Shown: one piece after another, positions 17,630-26,560 of the stretch
Layout of the letters: each line of letters begins with the position of its first letter
Position numbering within the stretch: position 1 is the stretch's first letter
Source of the DNA: an uncultured bacterium
GTDB lineage: Bacteria > CSSED10-310 > CAZUFC01
DNA: 26,560 nt
Reading direction: 5' to 3'
NCBI GenBank assembly: GCA_964619725.1
Contig: CAZUFC010000108.1
Span: 1-26,560 of the forward strand
Notes under the pieces: model-generated
Database searches by the model: none
Seen by the model: only the letters and a program-made list of their open reading frames with translations
Told to the model about the DNA's origin: nothing
Program-made: the position numbers and the translations under genes

Positions 17630-18904
17630 TCATCGCTCCCTGTTGTAAGGATAAATAACGCTTCCGGACGGTATGACTTTTCCCGGGAAATGGTCTGGCA
17701 AGACTTTGGGATATACGATGCAGTTTTTCCCCAGGATCGTATCCTTGGGAAACACGGAGCCTTTTCCTATAAGATTGAGTCCATTATAGAGGTGTTGAGG
17801 AAAATCCTTATTGGGATGATCGGGACTTTCGGGCCGGCCGATAATGCAACCGTCCGTAATTTCGACGTTTTTATCGATAATGGCTCTTTCGACACGGCAA
17901 TTTTTACCTATGTAAGAGTCATGCATAATGATCGAATCTTTAACGGTCGCGCCTGCGTCTATTTCAACGCCCGGACTCAATATGCAGTTTTCCGTCGTTC
18001 CTCTGATCACGCAGCCCGGCGCCATGCAGACATTTTCAACTTTCGCCCGTTCCGATATCCAGGATGGAGGACGGTCGCCTGTTCTTCCGCTTTCTTCGAG
18101 ATTAGCCCTGATGCCCCATTCTTCAGGTTTCAGTCCTGAATCAGGACTCAGAAGGTCCATATTTGTTTCCCAGTAAGTTTCCAGAGTGCCGACGTCCTTC
18201 CAGTAACCGTTGAAGAGATAAGCATAAGCGTTGCCTGAATCGACTATTTGAGGAACCAGTTGATGACCGAAGTCATTTCCCGGATTAAGGGTGAGCATTT
18301 CCAGCAGATAATCGGCATCAAAAACATAAACGCCCATTGAAGCCAGATTGCTGTCTGACACAGCGGGTTTTTCCATCCATTCCGTTATCTTGCGATCATC
18401 ATCTATCCTGGCGATACCGAAGAAAGATATCATCTCAAAAGGCACTTCCCGCATTCCGATCGTTACTCGCGCATCCTTTTGGATATGGTAATCGATCAAC
18501 TCCAGGTAGTTCATGTAATAGATGTGATCGCCCGAAAGCAGCAGGACGTATTCAGGGTTCTTGTCTTCAATGTAGGAAATGTTCTGCCGTACGGCATCGG
18601 CCGTGCCTTTATACCAATCCGAATCCTTGTCGCCGGTCCGTGGCGGCAATATTTCAACCCCGCGCGTCCGTCCGATGAAGTCCCAGGCGCTTCCTGTCCC
18701 GATATGCCCCATCAGCGACAGCGGTTTGTACTGCGTAAGCACCGCTACGTAGGGGAAGCCGGAGTTCATGACGTTGCTCAAGGTAAAATCAATGATTCTG
18801 TATATGCCTCCGAAAGGAGCAGCAGGCTTCGCCCGTTCGCTCGCCAGTATGTTTAAACGGCTTCCGACTCCGCCGGCCAGAAGCACTACCAGCACATTGT
18901 TCAT
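17630..18904 (-). CDS. glgC: Glucose-1-phosphate adenylyltransferase (ADP-glucose pyrophosphorylase)
   Basis: LAGGVGSRL, RAKPAAPFGG, WYKGTADAV, LSGDHIY, EKP, ASMGVYVF, DFG, YWKDVGT and a C-terminal left-handed beta-helix. Confidence 0.92.
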   Translation of the reverse strand: MNNVLVVLLAGGVGSRLNILASERAKPAAPFGGIYRIIDFTLSNVMNSGFPYVAVLTQYKPLSLMGHIGTGSAWDFIGRTRGVEILPPRTGDKDSDWYKGTADAVRQNISYIEDKNPEYVLLLSGDHIYYMNYLELIDYHIQKDARVTIGMREVPFEMISFFGIARIDDDRKITEWMEKPAVSDSNLASMGVYVFDADYLLEMLTLNPGNDFGHQLVPQIVDSGNAYAYLFNGYWKDVGTLETYWETNMDLLSPDSGLKPEEWGIRANLEESGRTGDRPPSWISERAKVENVCMAPGCVIRGTTENCILSPGVEIDAGATVKDSIIMHDSYIGKNCRVERAIIDKNVEITDGCIIGRPESPDHPNKDFPQHLYNGLNLIGKGSVFPKDTILGKNCIVYPKVLPDHFPGKVIPSGSVIYPYNRER

Positions 18905-20187
18905 ATGATGCTCCCTCCTGACGGAATCGCTGATTCCTCAAAATCCCGCAAATCATTCTCCGGATATATCACCACACCGCGGCCGATCCTTAAACCCGGT
19001 TTGATCCTTGCGTTTTTGCCTATTAATGTTATCCCATGATCGAATGTCTCCGCTCCTTCTTGCAGGCTTTTCCATTCTTTGTCCTCGGCCCCGACAATCG
19101 CTCCCTCACCCACTTCTGCGCATTCATCCAGTATGGTCTGCCGCAACTTAGCTCTCCTCCTGACTATGCAATCATAATAGAGAATCGAATCAACTACCTC
19201 GGCGCCCTCCTCTACAACGACCCCCGGAAATAAAATACTGCTTCTTACCTTGCCCCGTATCTTGCACCCGGAATAAAAAAGCGATTTTTGAACCGAGCAC
19301 CCCGGAGCCAAAACAGCCGGCAGACGCTCCGGAATCTGCTTGTTTTCCAGGTTCGTTCGAACGTCCCAATCGTCAAGGTTTATCTCAGGCTTCTCCTTGA
19401 TTAAATCCATATTAGTGCGCCAGTATTGTTCCAGCGTCCTGGTATAACCCCAGTATCCTTTGTACTTGAACCCGAATACACGATACTTTTTTAGCAACAT
19501 CGGGATAACGTCGCGTCCGAAATGAAGCATGCCGGCCGATGCTTTCCCCTCAAGAACTTCAAATAAAACACGCGGCTTAAACAGGTATATGGTCAGAGAT
19601 GCCCAATTGGACTTCAATGTTCCCGGTTTCTCCCAATAACGAATTATCCGGCCGCCTTGCTCTCCGCCGCTTTCATCGATCAATCCCTGTCCGAAAAAGT
19701 GAGCCCCCTGCTCAGGAACTTCCGTAAACGCTATAGTCATATCAGCGTCGTTTTGCTGATGAAATTCCGCCATTTGCCTGTAATCCATCCTGTAAACATG
19801 GTCGCCTGATAAAATTAATACCAGCTCCGGATCGTTCGCTTTTACGAAATCAAGGTTGCGACGGACAGCATCCGATGTGCCCTTGTATTCCTGGAAACCC
19901 ATTGCATCTATTTTAGGAGGCAGGCTAATCACGCCGCGACGGCGCCCAGCCATATCCCACGAGGTTCCTATCCCGATATGATTCGATAATGAATCCGATC
20001 TATAATGCGTCAATATGCCGACTCTCTCTATTCCTGAATGCATCAGGTTGCTGAGCGCAAAATCTATAACACGGTAAATTCCGCCGAACGGTACGGCTGA
20101 TTTCGGCCTCTCCAGCGTCAGAATGCTCAATTCGTCGACTCGCCCTCCCGCCAGTATCATTGCGATGACCCTCTGCATCGATAACAT
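18901..20187 (-). CDS. ADP-glucose pyrophosphorylase paralog, GlgD-like subunit
   Basis: Full-length GlgC homolog with LAGGRVDEL in place of GGxGxRL, HFG in place of DFG and YWGYTRT in place of YWxDVGT. ATGA overlap with glgC. Confidence 0.85.
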   Translation of the reverse strand: MLSMQRVIAMILAGGRVDELSILTLERPKSAVPFGGIYRVIDFALSNLMHSGIERVGILTHYRSDSLSNHIGIGTSWDMAGRRRGVISLPPKIDAMGFQEYKGTSDAVRRNLDFVKANDPELVLILSGDHVYRMDYRQMAEFHQQNDADMTIAFTEVPEQGAHFFGQGLIDESGGEQGGRIIRYWEKPGTLKSNWASLTIYLFKPRVLFEVLEGKASAGMLHFGRDVIPMLLKKYRVFGFKYKGYWGYTRTLEQYWRTNMDLIKEKPEINLDDWDVRTNLENKQIPERLPAVLAPGCSVQKSLFYSGCKIRGKVRSSILFPGVVVEEGAEVVDSILYYDCIVRRRAKLRQTILDECAEVGEGAIVGAEDKEWKSLQEGAETFDHGITLIGKNARIKPGLRIGRGVVIYPENDLRDFEESAIPSGGSII

Positions 20188-20241
20188 AAATCAATTCCCC
20201 TTCTGTTTGTGAAATTGCCGATTCCTCCGGCACGCCATAGA

Positions 20242-20270
20242 ATATTAACAGACATTAAACCGTTTAGCAA
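20242..20270 (-). promoter_or_regulatory. Putative sigma70 promoter of the glgD-like/glgC operon
   Basis: TTGCTA-N17-TAATAT with TGn extension, 54 nt upstream of the start. Confidence 0.45.
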
Positions 20271-20735
20271 AATTTCCGCTCTTGAATTCAAACGCCGAAT
20301 GATGTATCTGCAGCGCTATCAGAGCCCTTCGGAAAAATTTCGGAAACAATAGCTTATGACCCTTTGGGGGTGCCGCGCATCGCACCAATTACAACGATAA
20401 CAGAAGGAACTTGCGCTCTTCAGACATTTGAATTTTCAGCATTAACGGTGGAAATTTACATCTTGCATAGGCTTGAGATGGGAACTGAGGACTCTGGAAT
20501 TTTTTCATCCGTAATACGAATTTTTTGACTCCCGAATCATTAAAATCACATAATTCAGGAATAAAAGCTTCAGTATTGATGAAGACTTGCGCCGAAAACT
20601 TAATTGCTGGAAGAATGCGTCTCTATGATTCCTACCCTTTTCACGATTTTACTCTTACTTCGCGTAGATTCGAGATAATCAGCGGAAGATAAATTCCGAG
20701 TTCATAAAACTTCCGGCAGGGCTCTGAAGCTTTAG

Positions 20736-20912
20736 CCCGGATTTCTCATACAAAACCTGTTACGAGCGTCCATATCCCCGCACCTTCAAGCGCTGCTCCC
20801 TGCGGCCTTGCTCAACGTAGCGCTGCTATGTTTCCGCAGTCCTTCAGTCCGCCATGCTTGTATCTGCGGGAATCTGAACGCTCTCACTACGATTTTGTAT
20901 GAGAAATCCGGG
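20736..20912. mobile_element. 177-bp MITE with perfect 20-bp terminal inverted repeats and a TTAG target duplication
   Basis: CCCGGATTTCTCATACAAAA (20736-20755) and TTTTGTATGAGAAATCCGGG (20893-20912). TTAG flanks both ends directly (20732-20735 and 20913-20916). No internal transposase. Confidence 0.88.
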
Positions 20913-21212
20913 TTAGGAGAGGTTCATCTTCGCAGCTATCGTTTTCTGGAATTCACAAGAATGACTTGGCAGACCGCACGATTGTCCCTGCTGCCGAAAC
21001 ACTGAAGCACATGAAATTGACGGCATTATCAACCCTCTTATTCGTATGTTTCGCGCTATTCGTGGTTTCTCTGATATCCAAATCACTATCGTTGCACGCG
21101 TTTACCGAAGGCCCTATTGTATCCAAATCTCAATATCTTAGTCATCCATCCGCGCAATCCATGTGATCCGTGGTACGGTTCTTCCTGCCGTCAGTCAAGC
21201 AGTTCACATCCT

Positions 21213-22184
21213 TTATCCACCGTATTCATCCAGCAATTCCATCAAGACGGGTTCCATCATGTTACGCAGGTCATTATTGGCGTACCCGATAAAGCCGACG
21301 TTGTATTCCGCATCCAGCGGGAAATCCAGCTCTTTTCCCCGCAGGTCCGTCAGGACGGCTCCGGCAGCCCTGGCTATATCGGCGGTACACATGTCGTATG
21401 CATGCGAACATAATCCTGCGCGGATGAAAGGCCTCACGTCGGCCACAAAACGATAACGCCCCGTCGCCAATAAATACAACTGCCCTCCGCAGCATATGTA
21501 CTGATCGTCGAACAGCAGCGGATAACCCTTTTCATCCTTTTTCAACACTCTTTCGAAAAATTTCTGCTCTATTTCCGCTATTCTGCTCTTGCCTTCCAGG
21601 AAAAACTTTGAAAAAAAAGCGAACCCGTGCGCCAGCGACTTATCCTTCGATGATTCAGGTCTGTATTTCGATATAAGACTGCCGTCGCTTACACGAAGAA
21701 CTTCCGCTTCCAGGAGGCCTTCTGAAGTCCAGGACAACGCTTCGTAAATGTGCTGGTTAACGAGGGGAATCTCTGATTGATAGGCCGTCACGCAATCGGC
21801 CAGATGCGCATTTGCGCCTTTTTTAGCAATGCAGGTCAATATCCAGGCGCTCCGCATGCCGTACATCAACCCTCTCGTACCGTCAATCGGATCAATGATC
21901 AGCGTAAAAGCAGCATCTTCAATCCTTCCGCCCTCCGGAAAAACGATTGAACCGCCGTCCTCGCTTACCAATACGAAAGTCTCTTCTTTCCCCAGCGCCC
22001 GGCAAAACTCCAGCACAATTTTTTCAGCTTCGGCATCGCATGCGTAAGTGAAATCTCCGACTCCTTTTCGCACGGGCTGCACGCCGTCATAGCCATACCC
22101 GCTCCTGTTATTCAACAGCTCTTTCCTCAGGCGGTCATGGAGCCGTTTTAAGTCATTCAGGTATTTCAGCACAGGGTATTTCAT
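21213..22184 (-). CDS. Inositol monophosphatase/FBPase-superfamily phosphatase
   Basis: GDFTYACD, LVSED, IIDPIDGTRG metal-binding motif and AYD..IARAAGAVLTDLRG. Confidence 0.85.
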   Translation of the reverse strand: MKYPVLKYLNDLKRLHDRLRKELLNNRSGYGYDGVQPVRKGVGDFTYACDAEAEKIVLEFCRALGKEETFVLVSEDGGSIVFPEGGRIEDAAFTLIIDPIDGTRGLMYGMRSAWILTCIAKKGANAHLADCVTAYQSEIPLVNQHIYEALSWTSEGLLEAEVLRVSDGSLISKYRPESSKDKSLAHGFAFFSKFFLEGKSRIAEIEQKFFERVLKKDEKGYPLLFDDQYICCGGQLYLLATGRYRFVADVRPFIRAGLCSHAYDMCTADIARAAGAVLTDLRGKELDFPLDAEYNVGFIGYANNDLRNMMEPVLMELLDEYGG

Positions 22185-22268
22185 GAACGGAAAGTTCCTT
22201 TCTGACCATGATCAGGTCAATATCCGGACTTCGGTTCTATCGGCTGCTTAATGCTTCTCTGCTTTGTC

Positions 22269-22916
22269 CTAATGCGTAAGATGCAATACTTCCTTCTCTT
22301 GTATCTTTCTGTCTCCGACCAGTATAGACGCGAAAACGAGGAAATCCTCCTGCGGCTTCACATCCTCCAGCCTCGCCTTAATTTTATAACAGCCGGTGCA
22401 TTGAATGCATATACCTTCTTTTCGTTTTAACCGGAGCTGCAGATGAATCTCTTTTTTGTCTTTCCGCCAGGCGCTTTTTTCGGCCAGATAATAACAGGGA
22501 GTGGAAGTTTTTATATTCATTTCCACCCGGATATTTCCCCTGGTCCATTCCAGCGTCATTCCGGGCTTCTCTCCCGACCAGCATCCGGAGCTTTGAGCAT
22601 CGATTTTCATACCGATTTCCGTCCTCTGCTCCTGATCATGCGGTTCTTTTTCTTCGTCCTGCGCATCATGCGCCTGGGGAAGCTCTTTCAATTCCGGAAG
22701 CCTAATTTCCGCAGGTTCAGCCTTTTCTTCTTTCGGCGGCGCCGGCGGCGACGTCTCCTCCCGATCAGCAGGCTCCTGATCGGGAGTCGACTGTCCGTGC
22801 ATTTCGGTTTTTGGAACGGGAAGTTCCTGGGCCTGAATGAGGCAAAAGGTCATCATAGCGATGACGGCACAGCCGGCTGCGGTTGCAGCGTTTCTTATCA
22901 TTTTTGGTCTAATCAT
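22269..22916 (-). CDS. Hypothetical secreted protein with a Pro/Glu-rich linker and a Cys-containing C-terminal domain
   Basis: Signal peptide (AVIAMMTFCLIQA), disordered PE-rich stretch, and GCW, TPCY and CIQCTGC motifs. ATG 22916 follows GAGG. Co-oriented with its neighbours. Confidence 0.7.
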   Translation of the reverse strand: MIRPKMIRNAATAAGCAVIAMMTFCLIQAQELPVPKTEMHGQSTPDQEPADREETSPPAPPKEEKAEPAEIRLPELKELPQAHDAQDEEKEPHDQEQRTEIGMKIDAQSSGCWSGEKPGMTLEWTRGNIRVEMNIKTSTPCYYLAEKSAWRKDKKEIHLQLRLKRKEGICIQCTGCYKIKARLEDVKPQEDFLVFASILVGDRKIQEKEVLHLTH

Positions 22917-22959
22917 CAATGATCCTCAATTCACATCTTCATGTTTTAAACGTTTAGAG

Positions 22960-23517
22960 TTACAGTCCGAGATCATCTGAAACGTCTTGCATGGCCTTCA
23001 GAGCAATATCGACGAATTCCTCCAGGGACATGTCCAATTCGCTGCAACAGCTTATCTGATTCCTGTCCGCACCGGCAGCGAATCTTTTCTCATTAAAGCG
23101 CCGCAGTACGAAATCCGGATCAAGTCCGCTCAATTTCTTCGAAGGGTGCATAAGGGCAGCAGCGACGATAAGCCCCGTCAGAGGATCGGCGGCATGCAAT
23201 GCGGAAGCCATTCTGGTGGTTCTTTCTCCTGTTCCCGGATGGACTTTGACGGCATCAATTATTTCATCGTCCAAATCTTCATTTTGAAGCCATTCTGCGG
23301 TGACGAGTCCGTGTTTTTTGGGGTTCTTCAGTGTTTTCCCGTAGTCCAGGTCGTGCAGCAAACCCGCGGTTTTCCAGCGCTCAACATCTTCGGACGAAGC
23401 ATTAAAATGTTCCGCCAGAGCGCCCATTACGGCTTCGACGGCCAGAGAATGCTTGATTAAATTTTTGTTTTTCAATTTCTTGTTAAGAAGATTCAAAGCA
23501 GTTTCTCGTTCCATCAT
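22960..23517 (-). CDS. HD/HDIG-domain metal-dependent phosphohydrolase
   Basis: KHSLAVE, GLLHDLDY, HG, AADPLTGLI and KRFAAGADR. Confidence 0.9.
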   Translation of the reverse strand: MMERETALNLLNKKLKNKNLIKHSLAVEAVMGALAEHFNASSEDVERWKTAGLLHDLDYGKTLKNPKKHGLVTAEWLQNEDLDDEIIDAVKVHPGTGERTTRMASALHAADPLTGLIVAAALMHPSKKLSGLDPDFVLRRFNEKRFAAGADRNQISCCSELDMSLEEFVDIALKAMQDVSDDLGL

Positions 23518-23541
23518 CCTTTCCTTTTTATAATGTGACGA

Positions 23542-26130
23542 TTACAAGATTGTGGATTCCGGTTTGACGATGACTAAATGAGCTTCATCCGGTTTGAGAT
23601 AGTTTTTCACCCGTTCAATATCATCTCTGGAGATATTTCTGAGTCTTTGCTCGGTTTTTTCCGTAAATTCCCACCCCAGATCATAAACTTCAGATGCAGT
23701 ATAAGCCGAACTTCTTTGTATGCTCTGTTCCATCATGCGCCGGTGTCGCCCTATCATCAGATTGACGGCCCTTTCAAGTTCCTCATCATCCGACGGTTTT
23801 TCAATGAAATCCGTCAGCGCTTGTTTCACGCTGTCCAGCGCTTCCTTTTCCTTTTCAGGACTCGTTCCCATGAAGACGACGATAAAGCCTTCATTTTTAT
23901 CAGCCAGCAACACGCCGGAAACAAAATAACATAAGGACCTTTTTTCTCTCAACTCTTCCCAAAGGGGATTACCCATACCTGAAAGCATGTTGTTCATGAC
24001 CGAAGCGGCGGTAAAATCCTGGTGCTTCCGGGAAGGGCCTTTGAATCCCAGGGCAAAGTTTACCTGTCGTTTTTTACGAGTAATCGAATGTACTGCCGGT
24101 ATAGGTTCCTCAAACGAAGGAAGAGTAACATCGAAATGATTCGCTTCGCCTTTGAGATCGCCGAATATGGCGTCGCACTCGCGGAACGCCCGTTCCGTCG
24201 AAGACAATCCCGAAACGGTCACCACCATTCGTTCCGGAAGACATATTTTTTTCCGGTGCTCCGATAAATCCTCCCGGGTAATTCCCGGAACAGTCTCTTC
24301 TGTTCCCTTGATCATCAATCCATAAGGATGAGCGCCGTAATACAGGGCTCTGAAACGTTGCAGCGTATAGGTCACCAGATTATCCTCATCCTGGGCTATG
24401 CTTTGCAGGATATTCGTTCTTACGGATTCGACGTCTTCGTCCCGGTATTTTGTCTGAGTGAGGAAATCCTTGAAAAGATGTAGACATTCCTCTCTGAAAC
24501 GATTCAGACCGATCATGCCGAAACCTAAATGATCGTGAGCCGCTATGGGAAAAATTCTGCCGCCCATTGATTCCAGCGCTTCCACTAATAACTTCCCATT
24601 CTCATTTCTGTTTCGCAATATGACGGAACAAAGCATATTGGAGACGCCGTTTTTCTCCTTAAATTCATGCGCTACGCCGCCCCGCCAGCCGGCGAACGCG
24701 CTGAAAAACGCATCATTATCCGCTTCCTTCAACGGACTTACCAGAAGCGTTCCCCCGTTCGACAACGTTTTTCTTTTCACTTCCGCTCGTTGCGCCGATC
24801 TTTCAGGAGCTTTAACCGGCGGATTCTCGATTTTTTCTCTGTATCTCTCCTCCATGTTTTCCGGATCGAAATACCGCTCTGAATTAGTTTTAAAATTTTC
24901 TTCCCTGGAATATATGATGAAATTACAATGATTCCAGGTCAGACACTTTTCCGCCGCAGAAACGACATCTTCAGTCCGGACGCTCCTTAACCGATCGACA
25001 AGATTCAAATAATCCTCCGCCCTGCTCATCTGAATATAGTTGCCGAGATTAAACACCAGCTCCATGGGCGATTCATTCGTCAAATGATATTCCATCTCCA
25101 TCATGTTTTTAACTTTGGATAATTCCTGCTCCGAAATGCCATCTCGTATCAGACGATTCATTTCAGCAAAAAGCGTTGTGATAACTGCATCATGATTCTC
25201 GAATGGAAAAGCCGCATAAAAATCCAGCAATCCCTTGTAAGACCCTTCCAATGTCGACGAAACGGAAACGGATTCGGCCAATCCTTTCTGCACCAAGGCT
25301 CGATACAACCGTGATGATTTCCCCTGTGACAATATTCTGCACATTATGTTCAACGGCAGGTTATAATAGTGCTTGAAAGGAGGAATGTGAAAACCAAGGC
25401 GTAAAGTGGTTTGAGCGACATCTCCCGTGAGGATGCGAGACCGGAAGCACATCTGTTCAGGTTCAGGTTCGGCTTGCGGCGGAGTCAAAGTTCTCCGGCC
25501 CGTCCAGATGTCCGAACGTTCCGCCAGCTTTTCATAAGCCGTTTCAGGTTCATCATCCCCCACCATCACAAAAATGGCGTTTTCAGGCCCGTAATAATTC
25601 GACCAGTATTTATACATCTGCTCCCGTTTCATATTTAATATCGTCTCTTCGCTGCCCTTTATCTCTTCCCGGTAAGGATGAACCAGAAAAGCCGTTTCTC
25701 TCAGCATATCCCAGGTATAACGCCGGGGCTGATCCAACCTCATCTTAATCTCTTCCAGAACCACCATCTTTTCCTTCTCAAATTCCTCCTCGGGAATCAA
25801 AGGTTGGAAAACCAGGTCCGTCAGCATATCCAATGCCTGATCCGTATGCTCCTTCGGAATGAACGTAAAAAACGCAGTCGTTTCAAATGTCGTAAATGCA
25901 TTCTCATCCCCGCCTAATGAATGAACGATGCGGGAAAACTCACCCTTCTTGTAATTCTGCGACCCCTTGAATACGGAGTGCTCCAGAAAATGACTCACCC
26001 CTCTGATCTCATCGCTCTCGTGAATCGAACCCACCTTCAGCCAATACAATAAACATGTGGTCTGAACGCCGGGTTTCTTAACGGCGACTATCTGCATTCC
26101 GTTAGGCAAATGATAAGATTTCATGGACAT
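23542..26130 (-). CDS. M16 family zinc peptidase (pitrilysin-like, fused two-module form)
   Basis: Inverted zincin motif HFLEH, NAFT, EKMVVLEE and HPY. The second module lacks HxxEH but has LREKRSLCY. Start uncertain (26154 GTG, 26130 or 26124 ATG). No signal peptide. Confidence 0.93.
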   Translation of the reverse strand: MSMKSYHLPNGMQIVAVKKPGVQTTCLLYWLKVGSIHESDEIRGVSHFLEHSVFKGSQNYKKGEFSRIVHSLGGDENAFTTFETTAFFTFIPKEHTDQALDMLTDLVFQPLIPEEEFEKEKMVVLEEIKMRLDQPRRYTWDMLRETAFLVHPYREEIKGSEETILNMKREQMYKYWSNYYGPENAIFVMVGDDEPETAYEKLAERSDIWTGRRTLTPPQAEPEPEQMCFRSRILTGDVAQTTLRLGFHIPPFKHYYNLPLNIMCRILSQGKSSRLYRALVQKGLAESVSVSSTLEGSYKGLLDFYAAFPFENHDAVITTLFAEMNRLIRDGISEQELSKVKNMMEMEYHLTNESPMELVFNLGNYIQMSRAEDYLNLVDRLRSVRTEDVVSAAEKCLTWNHCNFIIYSREENFKTNSERYFDPENMEERYREKIENPPVKAPERSAQRAEVKRKTLSNGGTLLVSPLKEADNDAFFSAFAGWRGGVAHEFKEKNGVSNMLCSVILRNRNENGKLLVEALESMGGRIFPIAAHDHLGFGMIGLNRFREECLHLFKDFLTQTKYRDEDVESVRTNILQSIAQDEDNLVTYTLQRFRALYYGAHPYGLMIKGTEETVPGITREDLSEHRKKICLPERMVVTVSGLSSTERAFRECDAIFGDLKGEANHFDVTLPSFEEPIPAVHSITRKKRQVNFALGFKGPSRKHQDFTAASVMNNMLSGMGNPLWEELREKRSLCYFVSGVLLADKNEGFIVVFMGTSPEKEKEALDSVKQALTDFIEKPSDDEELERAVNLMIGRHRRMMEQSIQRSSAYTASEVYDLGWEFTEKTEQRLRNISRDDIERVKNYLKPDEAHLVIVKPESTIL

Positions 26131-26385
26131 TATCCTTTCCTGGTTCTCAATCACGAAAATACTACAACTTATTGTAAAGCCGACCTGATTGTTCCCACAC
26201 GTTCGTTATTTATCGGAATTGCGGCCAGCGCCGGGAGTTTTATTTCGTCATATTGAAAGTCATCTGTTTAAAAGCCCTGCATTATCCTGGAATATTTCCG
26301 GAATTTCTACGCCTAAAGGCTTGACTAATATTATAGAATGTTCCGACCTTTTTCAAGCGGAACATATTTACAAACTTTTTCGTCT

Positions 26386-26560
26386 TCATCCTTCCAGTTC
26401 GAGAAAGGCGTAATCGATTCCCTGTGGTTCTGGAACGAGGGGCTTCAAACCCGCCTTTTTTCTTAGCCGGTTTATTTTGCTGAGGTAGGCATCAAGATTG
26501 AACTGAAGTTCAGAGTTCGTTAAAAAAGTTGCCCTGAAGGCAACAGAAAATCCATTAAGC
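26386..26560 (-). CDS. 3' end of a CDS extending beyond the window (hypothetical)
   Basis: Open frame of 57 codons from the window edge, LNGFSVAF...INRLRKKAGLKPL...ELEG, with TGA at 26388-26386. Same strand as the neighbouring genes. Confidence 0.55.
   Translation of the reverse strand, partial: LNGFSVAFRATFLTNSELQFNLDAYLSKINRLRKKAGLKPLVPEPQGIDYAFLELEG

Noticed and set aside
20808..21456. Short plus-strand ORFs across the MITE, the repeats and the IMPase 3' end
   Set aside because: They run through repeat elements or antisense to a real gene, and show no transposase motifs.

Overview
Bacterial chromosomal window from a diderm organism (it encodes Omp85 and other beta-barrel proteins). Most genes lie on the minus strand. 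In order: a UvrD/PcrA-family helicase (+); a convergent Ser/Thr kinase-STAND ATPase-TPR fusion; a short membrane-anchored ORF (+); a ferredoxin-nitroreductase and a class I/II aminotransferase; a probable sigma54-driven envelope cluster (beta-barrel protein, single-POTRA Omp85, DUF4390-like protein, NtrY-like kinase, NtrX-like regulator); an operon of a GlgD-like subunit, glgC and an atypical sulfatase-fold enzyme; then an inositol monophosphatase-like protein, a secreted Cys-motif protein, an HD hydrolase, an M16 peptidase and a partial CDS at the right edge. The intergenic DNA carries many small non-autonomous elements: two 166-bp MITE-like copies bracketing the helicase, a 177-bp MITE with a TTAG duplication, a 483-bp inverted REP pair that supplies the stop codons of both flanking genes, a REP-like hairpin and 9-nt periodic motifs. 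I found no rRNA, tRNA, CRISPR array or transposase. All family assignments come from motif reading, not database searches.
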